The notes under the pieces are model-generated. The model ran no database searches and was not told the origin of the DNA. It saw only the letters and a program-made list of their open reading frames with translations. A stretch of DNA of 64,000 bases from Eledone cirrhosa (lineage: Eukaryota): assembly GCA_964016885.1 (NCBI GenBank), contig OZ024741.1, forward strand, positions 403,434,001 through 403,498,000, read 5' to 3'. Position 1 is the stretch's first letter, and each line of letters starts with the position of its first letter. A program made the position numbers and the translations under genes. Of this stretch, positions 41,701 through 56,500 are shown one piece after another.

Positions 41701-43660
41701 ATTTCACCCAGGTAGTGACTACTATCTTTAACCCAGGTAGGGACTACTATCTTTAACCCAGGTAGTGACTACTATATTTCACCCAGGTAGTGACTACTAT
41801 CTTTAACCCAGGTAGTGACTACTATCTTTAACCCAGGTAGTGGCTACTATCTTTAACCCAGGTAGTGACTACTATCTTTAACCCAGGTAGGGACTACTAT
41901 ATTTCACCCAGGTAGTGACTACTATCTTTAACCCAGGTAGGGACTACTATCTTTAACCCAGGTAGTGACTACTATCTTTAACCCAAGTAGGGACTACTAT
42001 CTTTAACCCAGGTAGTGACTACTATCTTTAACCCAGGTAGTGACTACTATCTTTAACCCAGGTAGTGACTACTATCTTTAACCCAGGTAGGGACTACTAT
42101 CTTAAACCCTGGTAGTGACTACTATCTTTAACCCAGGTAGTGACTACTATCTTTAACCCAGGTAGGGACTACTATCTTTAACCCAGGTAGGGACTACTAT
42201 CTTTAACCCAGGTAGGGACTTCTATCTTTAACCCAGGTAGGGACTATCTTTAACCCAGGTAGTGACTACTATCTTTAACCCAAGTAGGGACTACTATCTT
42301 TAACCCAGGTAGTGACTACTATCTTTAACCCAGGTAGTGACTGTCTTTAACCCAGGTAGTGACTACTATCTTTAACCCAGGGTAGTGACTACTATCTTTA
42401 ACCCAGGTAGGGACTACTATCTTTAACCCAGGTAGGGACTACTATCTTTAACCCAGGTAGTGACTACTATATTTCACCCAGGTAGTGACTACTATCTTTA
42501 ACCCAGGTAGGGACTACTATCTTTAACCCAGGTAGTGACTACTATCTTTAACCCAGGTAGTGACTACTATCTTTAACCCAGGGTAGTGACTACTATCTTT
42601 AACCCAGGTAGTGACTACTATCTTTAACCCAGGTAGTGACTACTATCTTTAACCCAGGTAGGGACTACTATCTTTAACCCAGGTAGGGACTATCTTTAAC
42701 CCAGGTAGTGACTACTATCTTTAACCCAGGGTAGTGACTACTATCTTTAACCCAGGTAGTGACTACTATCTTTAACCCAGGTAGGGACTACTATCTTTAA
42801 CCCAGGTAGGGACTACTATCTTTAACCCTGGTAGTGACTACTATCTTTAACCCAGGTAGGGACTACTATCTTTAACCCAGGTAGGGACTAGTATCTTTAA
42901 CCCAGGTAGGGACTACTATCTTTAACCCAGGTAGTGACTACTATCTTTAACCCAGGTAGGGACTACTATCTTTAACCCTGGTAGTGACTACTATCTTTAA
43001 CCCAGGTAGTGACTATCTTTAACCCAGGTAGTGACTACTATCTTTAACCCAAGTAGTGACTACCATCTTTAACCCAGGTAGTGACTACTATCTTTAACCC
43101 TGGTAGTGACTACTATCTTTAACCCAGGTAGTGACTACTATCTTTAACCCAGGTAGTGACTATCTTTAACCCAGGTAGGGACTACTATCTTTAACCCTGG
43201 TAGTGACTACTATCTTTAACCCAGGTAGTGACTACTATCTTTAACCCAGGTAGTGACTACTATCTTTAACCCAGGTAGGGACTACTATCTTTAACCCAGG
43301 TAGGGACTACTATCTTTAACCCAGGTAGGGACTACTATCTTTAACCCAGGTAGGGACTACTATCTTTAACCCAGGTAGTGACTACTATCTTTAACCCAGG
43401 TAGTGACTACTATCTTTAACCCAGGTAGTGACTACTATCTTTAACCCAGGTAGGGACTACTATCTTTAACCCAGGTAGGGACTACTATCTTTAACCCAGG
43501 TAGTGACTACTATCTTTAACCCAGGTAGTGACTACTATCTTTAACCCAGGTAGGGACTACTATCTTTAACCCAGGTAGGGACTACTATCTTTAACCCAGG
43601 TAGTGACTACTATCTTTAACCCAGGGTAGTGACTACTATCTTTAAAACAGGGTAGTGACT
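38000..43660. repeat. Two tandem copies of a ~2.9-kb higher-order unit
   Basis: CTTAAACCCTGG is at 39179 and 42101 (2,922 bp apart), GACTGTCTTT at about 39417 and 42339, and AAAACAGGG at about 40819 and 43644. Each copy has a TATATTTCACCC cluster. Confidence 0.8.
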
Positions 43661-46600
43661 ACTATATTTAACCCAGGTAGTGACTACTATCTTTAACCCA
43701 GGTAGGGACTACTATCTTTAACCCAGGTAGTGACTACTATCTTTAACCCAGGTAGTGACTACTATCTTTAACCCAGGTAGTGACTACTATCTTTAACCCA
43801 GGTAGTGACTACTATCTTTAACCCAGGTAGGGACTACTATCTTTAACCCAGGTAGTGACTACTATCTTTAACCCAGGTAGTGACTACTATCTTTAACCCA
43901 GGTAGTGACTACTATCTTTAACCCAGGTAGGGACTACTATCTTTAACCCAGGTAGTGACTACTATCTTTAACCCAGGTAGTGACTACTATCTTTAACCCA
44001 GGTAGTGGCTACTATCTTTAAACCAGGTAGTGACTACTATCTTTAACCCAGGTAGGGACTACTATCTTTAACCCAGGTAGTGACTACTATCTTTAACCCA
44101 GGGTAGTGACTACTATCTTTAAAACAGGGTAGTGACTACTATCTTTAACCCAGGTAGGGACTACTATCTTTAACCCAGGTAGGGACTACTATCTTTAACC
44201 CAGGTAGGGACTACTATCTTTAACCCAGGTAGTGACTACTATCTTTAACCCAGGTAGTGACTACTATCTTTAACCCAGGTAGTGACTACTATCTTTAACC
44301 CAAGTAGTGGCTACTATCTTTAACCCAGGTAGTGACTATCTTTAACCCAGGTAGTGACTACTATCTTTAACCCAGGTAGGGACTACTATCTTTAACCCAG
44401 GTAGTGACTACTATCTTTAACCCAGATAGTGACTACTATCTTTAACCCAGGTAGTGACTATCTTTAACCCAGGTAGTGACTACTATCTTTAACCCAGGTA
44501 GTGACTACTACCTTTAACCCAGGTAGTGACTACTATCTTTAACCCAGGTAGTGACTACTATCTTTAACCCAGATAGTGACTACTATCTTTAACCCAGGTA
44601 GTGACTACTATCTTTAACCCAGGTAGTGACTACTATCTTTAACCCAGGTAGGGACTACTACCTTTAACCCAGGTAGGGACTACTATCTTTAACCCAGGTA
44701 GGGACTACTATCTTTAACCCAGGTAGGGACTAATATCTTTAACCCAGGTAGGGACTACTATCTTTAACCCAGGTAGGGACTACTATCTTTAACCCAGGTA
44801 GGGACTACTATCTTTAACCCAGGTAGGGACTTCTATCTTTAACCCAGGTAGTGACTACTATCTTTAACCCAAGTAGTGACTACTATCTTTAACCCAGGTA
44901 GTGACTACTATCTTTAACCCAAGTAGTGACTACTATCTTTAACCCAGGTAGTGACTATCTTTAACCCAGGTAGTGACTACTATCTTTAACCCAGGTAGTG
45001 ACTACTATCTTTAACCCAGGTATCGACTACTATCTTTAACCCAGGTAGGGACTTCTATCTTTAACCCAGGTAGGGACTACTATCTTTAACCCAGGTATCG
45101 ACTACTATCTTTAACCCAGGTAGTGACTACTATCTTTAACCCAGGTAGTGACTATCTTTAACCCAGGTAGGGACTACTATCTTTAACCCAGGTAGGGACT
45201 ACTATCTTTAACCCAGGTAGTGACTACTATCTTTAACCCAGGTAGTGACTATCTTTAACCCAGGTAGGGACTACTATCTTTAACCCAGGTAGGGACTACT
45301 ATCTTTAACCCAGGTAGGGACTACTATCTTTAACCCAGGTATCGACTACTATCTTTAACCCAGGTAGTGACTTCTATCTTTAACCCAGGTAGTGACTACT
45401 ATCTTTAACCCAGGTAGTGACTTCTATCTTTAACCCAGGTAGTGACTACTATCTTTAACCCAGGTAGTGACTTCTATCTTTAACCCAGGTAGGGACTACT
45501 ATCTTTAACCCAGGTAGTGACTACTATCTTTAACCCAGGTAGGGACTACTATCTTTAACCCAGGTAGGGACTACTATCTTTAACCCAGGTATCGACTACT
45601 ATCTTTAACCCAGGTAGGGACTATTATCTTTAACCCAGGTAGGGACTACTATCTTTAACCCAGGTAGGGACTACTATCTTTAACCCAGGTAGTGACTACT
45701 ATCTTTAACCTAGGTAGGGACTATTATCTTTAACCCAGGTAGTGACTACTATCTTTAACCCAGGTAGTGACTACTATCTTTAACCCAGGTAGGGACTACT
45801 ATCTTTAACCCAGGTAGGGACTACTATCTTTAACCCAGGTAGGGACTATTATCTTTAACCCAGGTAGTGACTACTATCTTTAACCCAGGTAGTGACTTCT
45901 ATCTTTAACCCAGGTAGGGACTACTATCTTTAACCCAGGTAGGGACTACTATCTTTAACCCAGGTAGGGACTACTATCTTTAACCCAGGTAGGGACTACT
46001 ATCTTTAACCCAGGTAGGGACTATTATCTTTAACCCAGGTAGTGACTACTATCTTTAACCCAGGTAGTGACTTCTATCTTTAACCCAGGTAGGGACTACT
46101 ATCTTTAACCCAGGTAGGGACTACTATCTTTAACCCAGGTAGGGACTATTATCTTTAACCCAGGTAGTGACTACTATCTTTAACCCAGGTAGTGACTACT
46201 ATCTTTAACCCAGGTAGTGACTACTATCTTTAACCGAGGTAGGGACTACTATCTTTAACCCAGGTAGGGACTACTATCTTTAACCCAGGTATCGACTACT
46301 ATCTTTAACCCAGGTAGGGACTATTATCTTTAACCCAGGTAGGGACTACTATCTTTAACCCAGGTAGGGACTACTATCTTTAACCCAGGTAGTGACTACT
46401 ATCTTTAACCCAGGTAGGGACTATTATCTTTAACCCAGGTAGTGACTACTATCTTTAACCCAGGTAGTGACTACTATCTTTAACCCAGGTAGGGACTATT
46501 ATCTTTAACCCAGGTAGTGACTACTATCTTTAACCCAGGTAGTGACTACTATCTTTAACCCAGGTAGTGACTACTATCTTTAACCAAGGTAGGGACTACT

Positions 46601-49600
46601 ATCTTTAACCCAGGTAGGGACTACTATCTTTAACCCAGGTAGGGACTACTATCTTTAACCCTGGTAGTGACTACTATCTTTAACCCAGGTAGTGACTACT
46701 ATCTTTAACCCAGGTAGGGACTACTATCTTCAACCCAGGTAGTGACTACTACCTTTAACCCAGGTAGTGACTATCTTTCACCCAGGTAGTGACTACTATC
46801 TTTAACCCAGGTAGGGACTACTATCTTTAACCCAGGTAGGGACTACTATCTTTAACCCAGGTAGTGACTACTATCTTTAACCCAAGTAGGGACTACTATC
46901 TTTAACCCAGGTAGTGACTACTATCTTTAACCCAGGTAGGGACTACTATCTTTAACCCAGGTAGTGACTACTATCTTTAACCAAGGTAGGGACTACTATC
47001 TTTAACCCAGGTAGGGACTACTATCTTTAACCCAGGTAGGGACTACTATCTTTAACCCAGGTAGGGACTACTATCTTTAACCCAGGTAGTGACTACTATC
47101 TTTAACCCAGGTAGTGACTACTATCTTTAACCCAAGTAGGGACTACTATCTTTAACCCAGGTAGTGACTACTATCTTTAACCCAAGTAGGGACTACTATC
47201 TTTAACCCAGGTAGTGACTACTATCTTTAACCCAGGTAGTGACTACTATCTTTAACCCAGGTAGGGACTACTATATTTCACCCAGGTAGGGACTACTATC
47301 TTTAACCCAGGTAGTGGCTACTATCTTTAACCCAGGTAGTGACTACTATCTTTAACCAAGGTAGGGAATTCTATCTTTAACCCAGGTAGTGACTACTATC
47401 TTTAACCCAGGTAGGGACTACTATCTTTAACCCAGGTAGGGACTTCTATCTTTAACCCAGGTAGGGACTACTATCTTTAACCCAAGTAGTGACTACTATC
47501 TTTAACCCAAGTAGGGACTACTATCTTTAACCCAGGTAGGGACTACTATCTTTAACCCAGGTAGTGACTATCTTTAACCCAGGTAGGGACTACTATCTTT
47601 AACCCAGGTACTGACTACTATCTTTAACCAAGGTAGGGACTACTATCTTTAACCCAGGTAGGGACTACTACCTTTAACCCAGGTAGTGACTACTATCTTT
47701 AATCAAAGTAGTGACTACTATCTTTAACCCAAGTAGGGACTACTATCTTTAACCCAGGTAGGGACTACTATCTTTAACCCAGGTAGTGACTACTATCTTT
47801 AACCCAGGTAGGGACTACTATCTTTAACCTAGGTAGGGACTACTATCTTTAACCCTGGTAGTGACTACTACCTTTAACCCAGGTAGGGACTTCTATCTTT
47901 AACGCAGGTAGGGACTACTATCTTTAACCCAGGTAGGGACTACTATCTTTAACCCAGGTAGTGACTACTACCTTTAACCCAGGTAGGGACTACTATCTTT
48001 AACCCAGGTAGGGACTACTATCTTTAACCCAGGTAGTGACTACTATCTTTAACCCAGGTAGGGACTACTATCTTTAACCCAGGTAGGGACTACTATCTTT
48101 AACCCAGGTAGTGACTACTATCTTTAACACAGGTAGGGACTTCTATCTTTAACCCAGGTAGTGACTACTATCTTTAACCCAGGTAGTGACTACTATCTTT
48201 AACCCAGGTAGTGACTACTATCTTTAACCCAGGTAGGGACTACTATCTTTAACCCAGGTAGGGACTACTATCTTTAACCCAGGTAGTGACTACTATCTTT
48301 AACCCAGGTAGTGACTACTATCTTTAACCCTGGTAGTGACTACTATCTTTAACCCAGGTAGTGACTACTATCTTTAACCCAGGTAGGGACTTCTATCTTT
48401 AACCCAGGTAGTGACTACTATCTTTAACCCAGGTAGGGACTTCTATCTTTAACCCAGGTAGTGACTGCTATCTTTAACCCAGGTAGGGACTTCTATCTTT
48501 AACCCAGGTAGTGACTACTATCTTTAACCCAGGTAGGGACTACTATCTTTAACCCAGGTAGTGACTACTATCTTTAACCCAGGTAGTGACTACTAACTTT
48601 AACCCAGGTAGTGACTTCTATCTTTAACACAGGTAGTGACTACTATCTTTAACCCAGGTAGTGACTACTATCTTTAACCCAGGTAGGGAATTCTATCGTT
48701 AACCCAGGTAGTGACTGCTATCTTTAACCCCGGTAGGGACTTCTATCTTTAACCCAGGTAGTGACTACTATCTTTAACCCAGGTAGGGACTACTATCTTT
48801 AACCCAGGTAGTGACTACTATCTTTAACCCAGGTAGGGACTACTATCTTTAACCCAGGTAGTGACTACTATCTTTAACCCAGGTAGGGACCACTATCTTT
48901 AACCCAGGTAGGGACTACTATCTTTAACCCAGTAGGGACTACTATCTTTAACCCAGGTAGTGACTACTATCTTTAACCCAGGTAGTGACTACTATCTTTA
49001 ACCCAGGTAGGGACTACTATCTTTAACACAGGTAGTGACTACTATCTTTAACCCAGGTATGGACTACTATCTTTAACCCAGGTAGTGACTACTATCTTTA
49101 ACCCAGGTAGGGACTACTATCTTTAACCCAGGTAGGGACTACTATCTTTAACCCAGGTATCGACTACTATCTTTAACCCAGGTAGTGACTACTATCTTTA
49201 ACCCAGGTATCGACTACTATCTTTAACCCAGGTAGGGACTACTATCTTTAACCCAGGTAGGGACTACTATCTTTAACCCAGGTAGGGACTACTATCTTTA
49301 ACCCAAGTAGTGACTACTATCTTTAACCCAGGTAGTGACTACTATCTTTAACCCAGGTAGGGACTACTATCTTTAACCCAGGTAGGGACTACTATCTTTA
49401 ACCCAGGTAGTGACTACTATCTTTAACCCAGGTAGGGACTACTATCTTTAACCCAAGTAGTGACTACTATCTTTAACCCAGGTAGTGACTACTATCTTTA
49501 ACCCAGGTAGTGACTACTATCTTTAACCCAGGTAGGGACTACTATCTTTAACCCAAGTAGTGACTACTATCTTTAACCCAGGTAGGGACTACTATCTTTA

Positions 49601-50559
49601 ACCCAGGTAGGGACTACTATCTTTAACCCAGGTAGGGACTACTATCTTTAACCCAGGTAGTGACTATCTTTAACCCAGGTAGGGACTACTATCTTTAACC
49701 CAAGTAGTGACTACTATCTTTAACCCAGGTAGGGACTACTATCTTTAACCCAGGTAGTGACTATCTTTAACCCAGGTAGGGACTACTATCTTTAACCCAG
49801 GTAGGGACTACTATCTTTAACCAAGGTAGGGACTACTATCTTTAACCCAGGTACGGACTACTACCTTTAACCCAAGTAGGGACTACTACCTTTAACCCAG
49901 GTAGGGACTATCTTTAACCCAAGTAGTGACTACCATCTTTAACCCAGGTAGGGACTACTATCTTTAACCCAGGTAGTGACTATCTTTAACCCAGGTAGGG
50001 ACTACTATCTTTAACCCAGGTAGTGACTATCTTTAACCCAGGTAGGGACTACTATCTTTAACCCAAGTAGTGACTACTATCTTTAACCCAGGTAGGGACT
50101 ACTATCTTTAACCCAGGTAGTGACTATCTTTAACCCAGGTAGGGACTACTATCTTTAACCAAGGTAGGGACTACTATCTTTAACCCAGGTAGGGACTACT
50201 ACCTTTAACCCAAGTAGGGACTACTACATTTAACCCAGGTAGGGACTATCTTTAACCCAAGTAGTGACTACTATCTTTAACCCAGGTAGGGACTACTATC
50301 TTTAACCCAGGTAGTGACTATCTTTAACCCAGGTAGGGACTACTATCTTTAACCCAGGTAGGGACTACTATCTTTAACCCAGGTAGGGACTACTATCTTT
50401 AACCAAGGTAGGGACTACTATCTTTAACCCAGGTAGGGACTACTACCTTTAACCCAGGTAGTGACTACTATCTTTAACCCAAGTAGGGACTACTATCTTT
50501 AACCCAGGTAGGGACTACTATCTTTAACCAAGGTAGGGACTACTATCTTTAACCCAGGT

Positions 50560-53500
50560 AGTGACTACTATCTTTAACCCAAATAGTGACTACTACCTTT
50601 AACCCAGGTAGGGACTACTATCTTTAACCCAGGTAGTGACTTCTATCTTTAACCCAGGTAGGGACTACTATCTTTAACCCCGGTAGTGACTTCTATCTTT
50701 AACCCAGGTAGTGACTATCTTTAACCCAGGTAGGGACTACTATCTTTAACCCAGGTAGTGACTTCTATCTTTAACCCAGGTAGTGACTATCTTTAACCCA
50801 GGTAGGGACTATTATCTTTAACCCAGGTAGTGACTACTATCTTTAACCCAGGTAGGGACTACTATCTTTAACCCAGGTAGTGACTACTATCTTTAACCCA
50901 GGTAGGGACTACTATCTTTAACCCAGGTAGGGACTACTATCTTTAACCCAGGTAGTGACTACTATCTTTAACCCAGGTAGGGACTATCTTTAACCCAGGT
51001 AGTGACTACTATCTTTAACCCAGGTAGTGACTACTATCTTTAACCCAGGTAGTGACTACTATCTTTAACCCAGGTAGGGACTATCTTTAACCCAGGTAGT
51101 GACTACTATCTTTAACCCAGGTAGGGACTACTATCTTTAACCCAGGTAGTGACTACTATCTTTAACCCAGGTAGGGACTACTATATTTCACCCAGGTAGT
51201 GACTACTATCTTTAACCCAGGTAGGGACTACTATCTTTAACCCAGGTAGTGACTACTATATTTCACCCAGGTAGTGACTACTATCTTTAACCCAGGTAGT
51301 GACTACTATCTTTAACCCAGGTAGTGGCTACTATCTTTAACCCAGGTAGTGACTACTATCTTTAACCCAGGTAGGGACTACTATATTTCACCCAGGTAGT
51401 GACTACTATCTTTAACCCAGGTAGGGACTACTATCTTTAACCCAGGTAGTGACTACTATCTTTAACCCAAGTAGGGACTACTATCTTTAACCCAGGTAGT
51501 GACTACTATCTTTAACCCAGGTAGTGACTACTATCTTTAACCCAGGTAGTGACTACTATCTTTAACCCAGGTAGGGACTACTATCTTAAACCCTGGTAGT
51601 GACTACTATCTTTAACCCAGGTAGTGACTACTATCTTTAACCCAGGTAGGGACTACTATCTTTAACCCAGGTAGGGACTACTATCTTTAACCCAGGTAGG
51701 GACTTCTATCTTTAACCCAGGTAGGGACTATCTTTAACCCAGGTAGTGACTACTATCTTTAACCCAAGTAGGGACTACTATCTTTAACCCAGGTAGTGAC
51801 TACTATCTTTAACCCAGGTAGTGACTGTCTTTAACCCAGGTAGTGACTACTATCTTTAACCCAGGGTAGTGACTACTATCTTTAACCCAGGTAGGGACTA
51901 CTATCTTTAACCCAGGTAGGGACTACTATCTTTAACCCAGGTAGTGACTACTATATTTCACCCAGGTAGTGACTACTATCTTTAACCCAGGTAGGGACTA
52001 CTATCTTTAACCCAGGTAGTGACTACTATCTTTAACCCAGGTAGTGACTACTATCTTTAACCCAGGGTTGTGACTACTATCTTTAACCCAGGTAGTGACT
52101 ACTATCTTTAACCCAGGTAGTGACTACTATCTTTAACCCAGGTAGGGACTACTATCTTTAACCCAGGTAGTGACTACTATCTTTAACCCAGGTAGTGACT
52201 ATCTTTAACCCAGGTAGGGACTACTATCTTTAACCCAGGTATGGACTACTATCTTTAACCCAGGTAGGGACTATCTTTAACCCAGGTAGTGACTACTATC
52301 TTTAGCCCAGGGTAGTGACTACTATCTTTAACCCAGGTAGTGACTACTATCTTTAACCCAGGTAGGGACTACTATCTTTAACCCAGGTAGGGACTACTAT
52401 CTTTAACCCTGGTAGTGACTACTATCTTTAACCAAGGTAGGGACTACTATCTTTAACCCAGGTAGGGACTACTATCTTTAACCCAGGTAGGGACTACTAT
52501 CTTTAACCCAGGTAGTGACTACTATCTTTAACCCAGGTAGGGACTACTATCTTTAACTCTGGTAGTGACTACTATCTTTAACCCAGGTAGTGACTATCTT
52601 TAACCCAGGTAGTGACTACTATCTTTAACCCAAGTAGTGACTACTATCTTTAACCCAGGTAGTGACTACTATCTTTAACCCTGGTAGTGACTACTATCTT
52701 TAACCCAGGTAGTGACTACTATCTTTAACCCAGGTAGTGACTATCTTTAACCCAGGTAGGGACTACTATCTTTAACCCTGGTAGTGACTACTATCTTTAA
52801 CCCAGGTAGTGACTACTATCTTTAACCCAGGTAGTGACTACTATCTTTAACCCAGGTAGGGACTACTATCTTTAACCCAGGTAGGGACTACTATCTTTAA
52901 CCCAGGTAGGGACTACTATCTTTAACCCAGGTAGGGACTACTATCTTTAACCCAGGTAGTGACTACTATCTTTAACCCAGGTAGTGACTACTATCTTTAA
53001 CCCAGGTAGTGACTACTATCTTTAACCCAGGTAGGGACTACTATCTTTAACCCAGGTAGGGACTACTATCTTTAACCCAGGTAGTGACTACTATCTTTAA
53101 CCCAGGTAGTGACTACTATCTTTAACCCAGGTAGGGACTACTATCTTTAACCCAGGTAGGGACTACTATCTTTAACCCAGGTAGTGACTACTATCTTTAA
53201 CCCAGGGTAGTGACTACTATCTTTAAAACAGGGTAGTGACTACTATCTTTAACCCAGGTAGTGACTACTATCTTTAACCCAGGTAGGGACTACTATCTTT
53301 AACCCAGGTAGTGACTACTATCTTTAACCCAGGTATGGACTACTATCTTTAACCCAGGTAGGGACTACTATCTTTAACCCAGGTAGTGACTACTATCTTT
53401 AACCCAGGTAGGGACTACTATCTTTAACCCAGGTAGGGACTACTATCTTTAACCCAGGTAGTGACTACTATCTTTAACCCAGGTAGGGACTACTATCTTT

Positions 53501-56500
53501 AACCCAGGTAGTGACTATCTTTAACCCAGGTAGGGACTACTATCTTTAACCCAGGTAGTGACTACTACCTTTAACCCAGGTAGTGACTACTACCTTTAAC
53601 CCAGGTAGGGACTACTATCTTTAACCCAGGTAGTGACTTCTATCTTTAACCCAGGTAGGGACTACTATCTTTAACCCAGGTAGTGACTTCTATCTTTAAC
53701 CCAGGTAGTGACTATCTTTAACCCAGGTAGGGACTACTATCTTTAATCCAGGTAGTGACTTCTATCTTTAACCCAGGTAGTGACTATCTTTAACCCAGGT
53801 AGGGACTATTATCTTTAACCCAGGTAGTGACTACTATCTTTAACCCAGGTAGGGACTACTACCTTTAACCCAGGTAGTGACTACTATCTTTAACCCAGGT
53901 AGGGACTACTATCTTTAACCCAGGTAGGGACTACTATCTTTAACCCAGGTAGTGACTACTATCTTTAACCCAGGTAGGGACTATCTTTAACCCAGGTAGT
54001 GACTACTATCTTTAACCCAGGTAGTGACTACTATCTTTAACCCAGGTAGTGACTACTATCTTTAACCCAGGTAGGGACTATCTTTAACCCAGGTAGTGAC
54101 TACTATCTTTAACCCAGGTAGGGACTACTATCTTTAACCCAGGTAGTGACTACTATCTTTAACCCAGGTAGGGACTACTATATTTCACCCAGGTAGTGAC
54201 TACTATCTTTAACCCAGGTAGGGACTACTATCTTTAACCCAGGTAGTGACTACTATATTTCACCCAGGTAGTGACTACTATCTTTAACCCAGGTAGTGAC
54301 TACTATCTTTAACCCAGGTAGTGGCTACTATCTTTAACCCAGGTAGTGACTACTATCTTTAACCCAGGTAGGGACTACTATATTTCACCCAGGTAGTGAC
54401 TACTATCTTTAACCCAGGTAGGGACTACTATCTTTAACCCAGGTAGTGACTACTATCTTTAACCCAAGTAGGGACTACTATCTTTAACCCAGGTAGTGAC
54501 TACTATCTTTAACCCAGGTAGTGACTACTATCTTTAACCCAGGTAGTGACTACTATCTTTAACCCAGGTAGTGACTACTATCTTTAACCCAGGTAGGGAC
54601 TACTATCTTAAACCCTGGTAGTGACTACTATCTTTAACCCAGGTAGTGACTACTATCTTTAACCCAGGTAGGGACTACTATCTTTAACCCAGGTAGGGAC
54701 TACTATCTTTAACCCAGGTAGGGACTTCTATCTTTAACCCAGGTAGGGACTATCTTTAACCCAGGTAGTGACTACTATCTTTAACCCAAGTAGGGACTAC
54801 TATCTTTAACCCAGGTAGTGACTACTATCTTTAACCCAGGTAGTGACTGTCTTTAACCCAGGTAGTGACTACTATCTTTAACCCAGGGTAGTGACTACTA
54901 TCTTTAACCCAGGTAGGGACTACTATCTTTAACCCAGGTAGGGACTACTATCTTTAACCCAGGTAGTGACTACTATATTTCACCCAGGTAGTGACTACTA
55001 TCTTTAACCCAGGTAGGGACTACTATCTTTAACCCAGGTAGTGACTACTATCTTTAACCCAGGTAGTGACTACTATCTTTAACCCAGGGTAGTGACTACT
55101 ATCTTTAACCCAGGTAGTGACTACTATCTTTAACCCAGGTAGTGACTACTATCTTTAACCCAGGTAGGGACTACTATCTTTAACCCAGGTAGTGACTACT
55201 ATCTTTAACCCAGGTAGTGACTATCCTTAACCCAGGTAGGGACTACTATCTTTAACCCAGGTAGTGACTACTATCTTTAACCCAGGTAGGGACTATCTTT
55301 AACCCAGGTAGTGACTACTATCTTTAACCCAGGGTAGTGACTACTATCTTTAACCCAGGTAGTGACTACTATCTTTAACCCAGGTAGGGACTACTATCTT
55401 TAACCCAGGTAGGGACTACTATCTTTAACCCTGGTAGTGACTACTATCTTTAACCCAGGTAGGGACTACTATCTTTAACCCAGGTAGGGACTACTATCTT
55501 TAACCCAGGTAGTGACTACTATCTTTAACCCAGGTAGGGACTACTATCTTTAACCCTGGTAGTGACTACTATCTTTAACCCAGGTAGTGACTATCTTTAA
55601 CCCAGGTAGTGACAACTATCTTTAACCCAAGTAGTGACTACTATCTTTAACCCAGGTAGTGACTACTATCTTTAACCCTGGTAGTGACTACTATCTTTAA
55701 CCCAGGTAGTGACTACTATCTTTAACCCAGGTAGTGACTATCTTTAACCCAGGTAGGGACTACTATCTTTAACCCTGGTAGTGACTACTATCTTTAACCC
55801 AGGTAGTGACTACTATCTTTAACCCAGGTAGTGACTACTATCTTTAACCCAGGTAGGGACTACTATCTTTAACCCAGGTAGGGACTACTATCTTTAACCC
55901 AGGTAGGGACTACTATCTTTAACCCAGGTAGGGACTACTATCTTTAACCCAGGTAGTGACTACTATCTTTAACCCAGGTAGTGACTACTATCTTTAACCC
56001 AGGTAGTGACTACTATCTTTAACCCAGGTAGGGACTACTATCTTTAACCCAGGTAGGGACTACTATCTTTAACCCAGGTAGTGACTACTATCTTTAACCC
56101 AGGTAGGGACTACTATCTTTAACCCAGGTAGGGACTACTATCTTTAACCCAGGTAGTGACTACTATCTTTAACCCAGGGTAGTGACTACTATCTTTAAAA
56201 CAGGGTAGTGACTACTATCTTTAACCCAGGTAGTGACTACTATCTTTAACCCAGGTAGGGACTACTATCTTTAACCCAGGTAGTGACTACTATCTTTAAC
56301 CCAGGTAGTGACTACTATCTTTAACCCAGGTAGTGACTACTATCTTTAACCCAGGTAGTGACTACTATCTTTAACCCAGGTAGGGACTACTATCTTTAAC
56401 CCAGGTAGTGACTACTCTCTTTAACCCAGGTAGTGACTACTATCTTTAACCCAGGTAGTGACTACCATCTTTAACCCAGGTAGGGACTACTATCTTTAAC

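Noticed and set aside
52059-52069. Perfect dyad AACCC-A-GGGTT as a special site
   Set aside because: It is a single substitution in one 26-bp variant monomer and too short to support a functional call.
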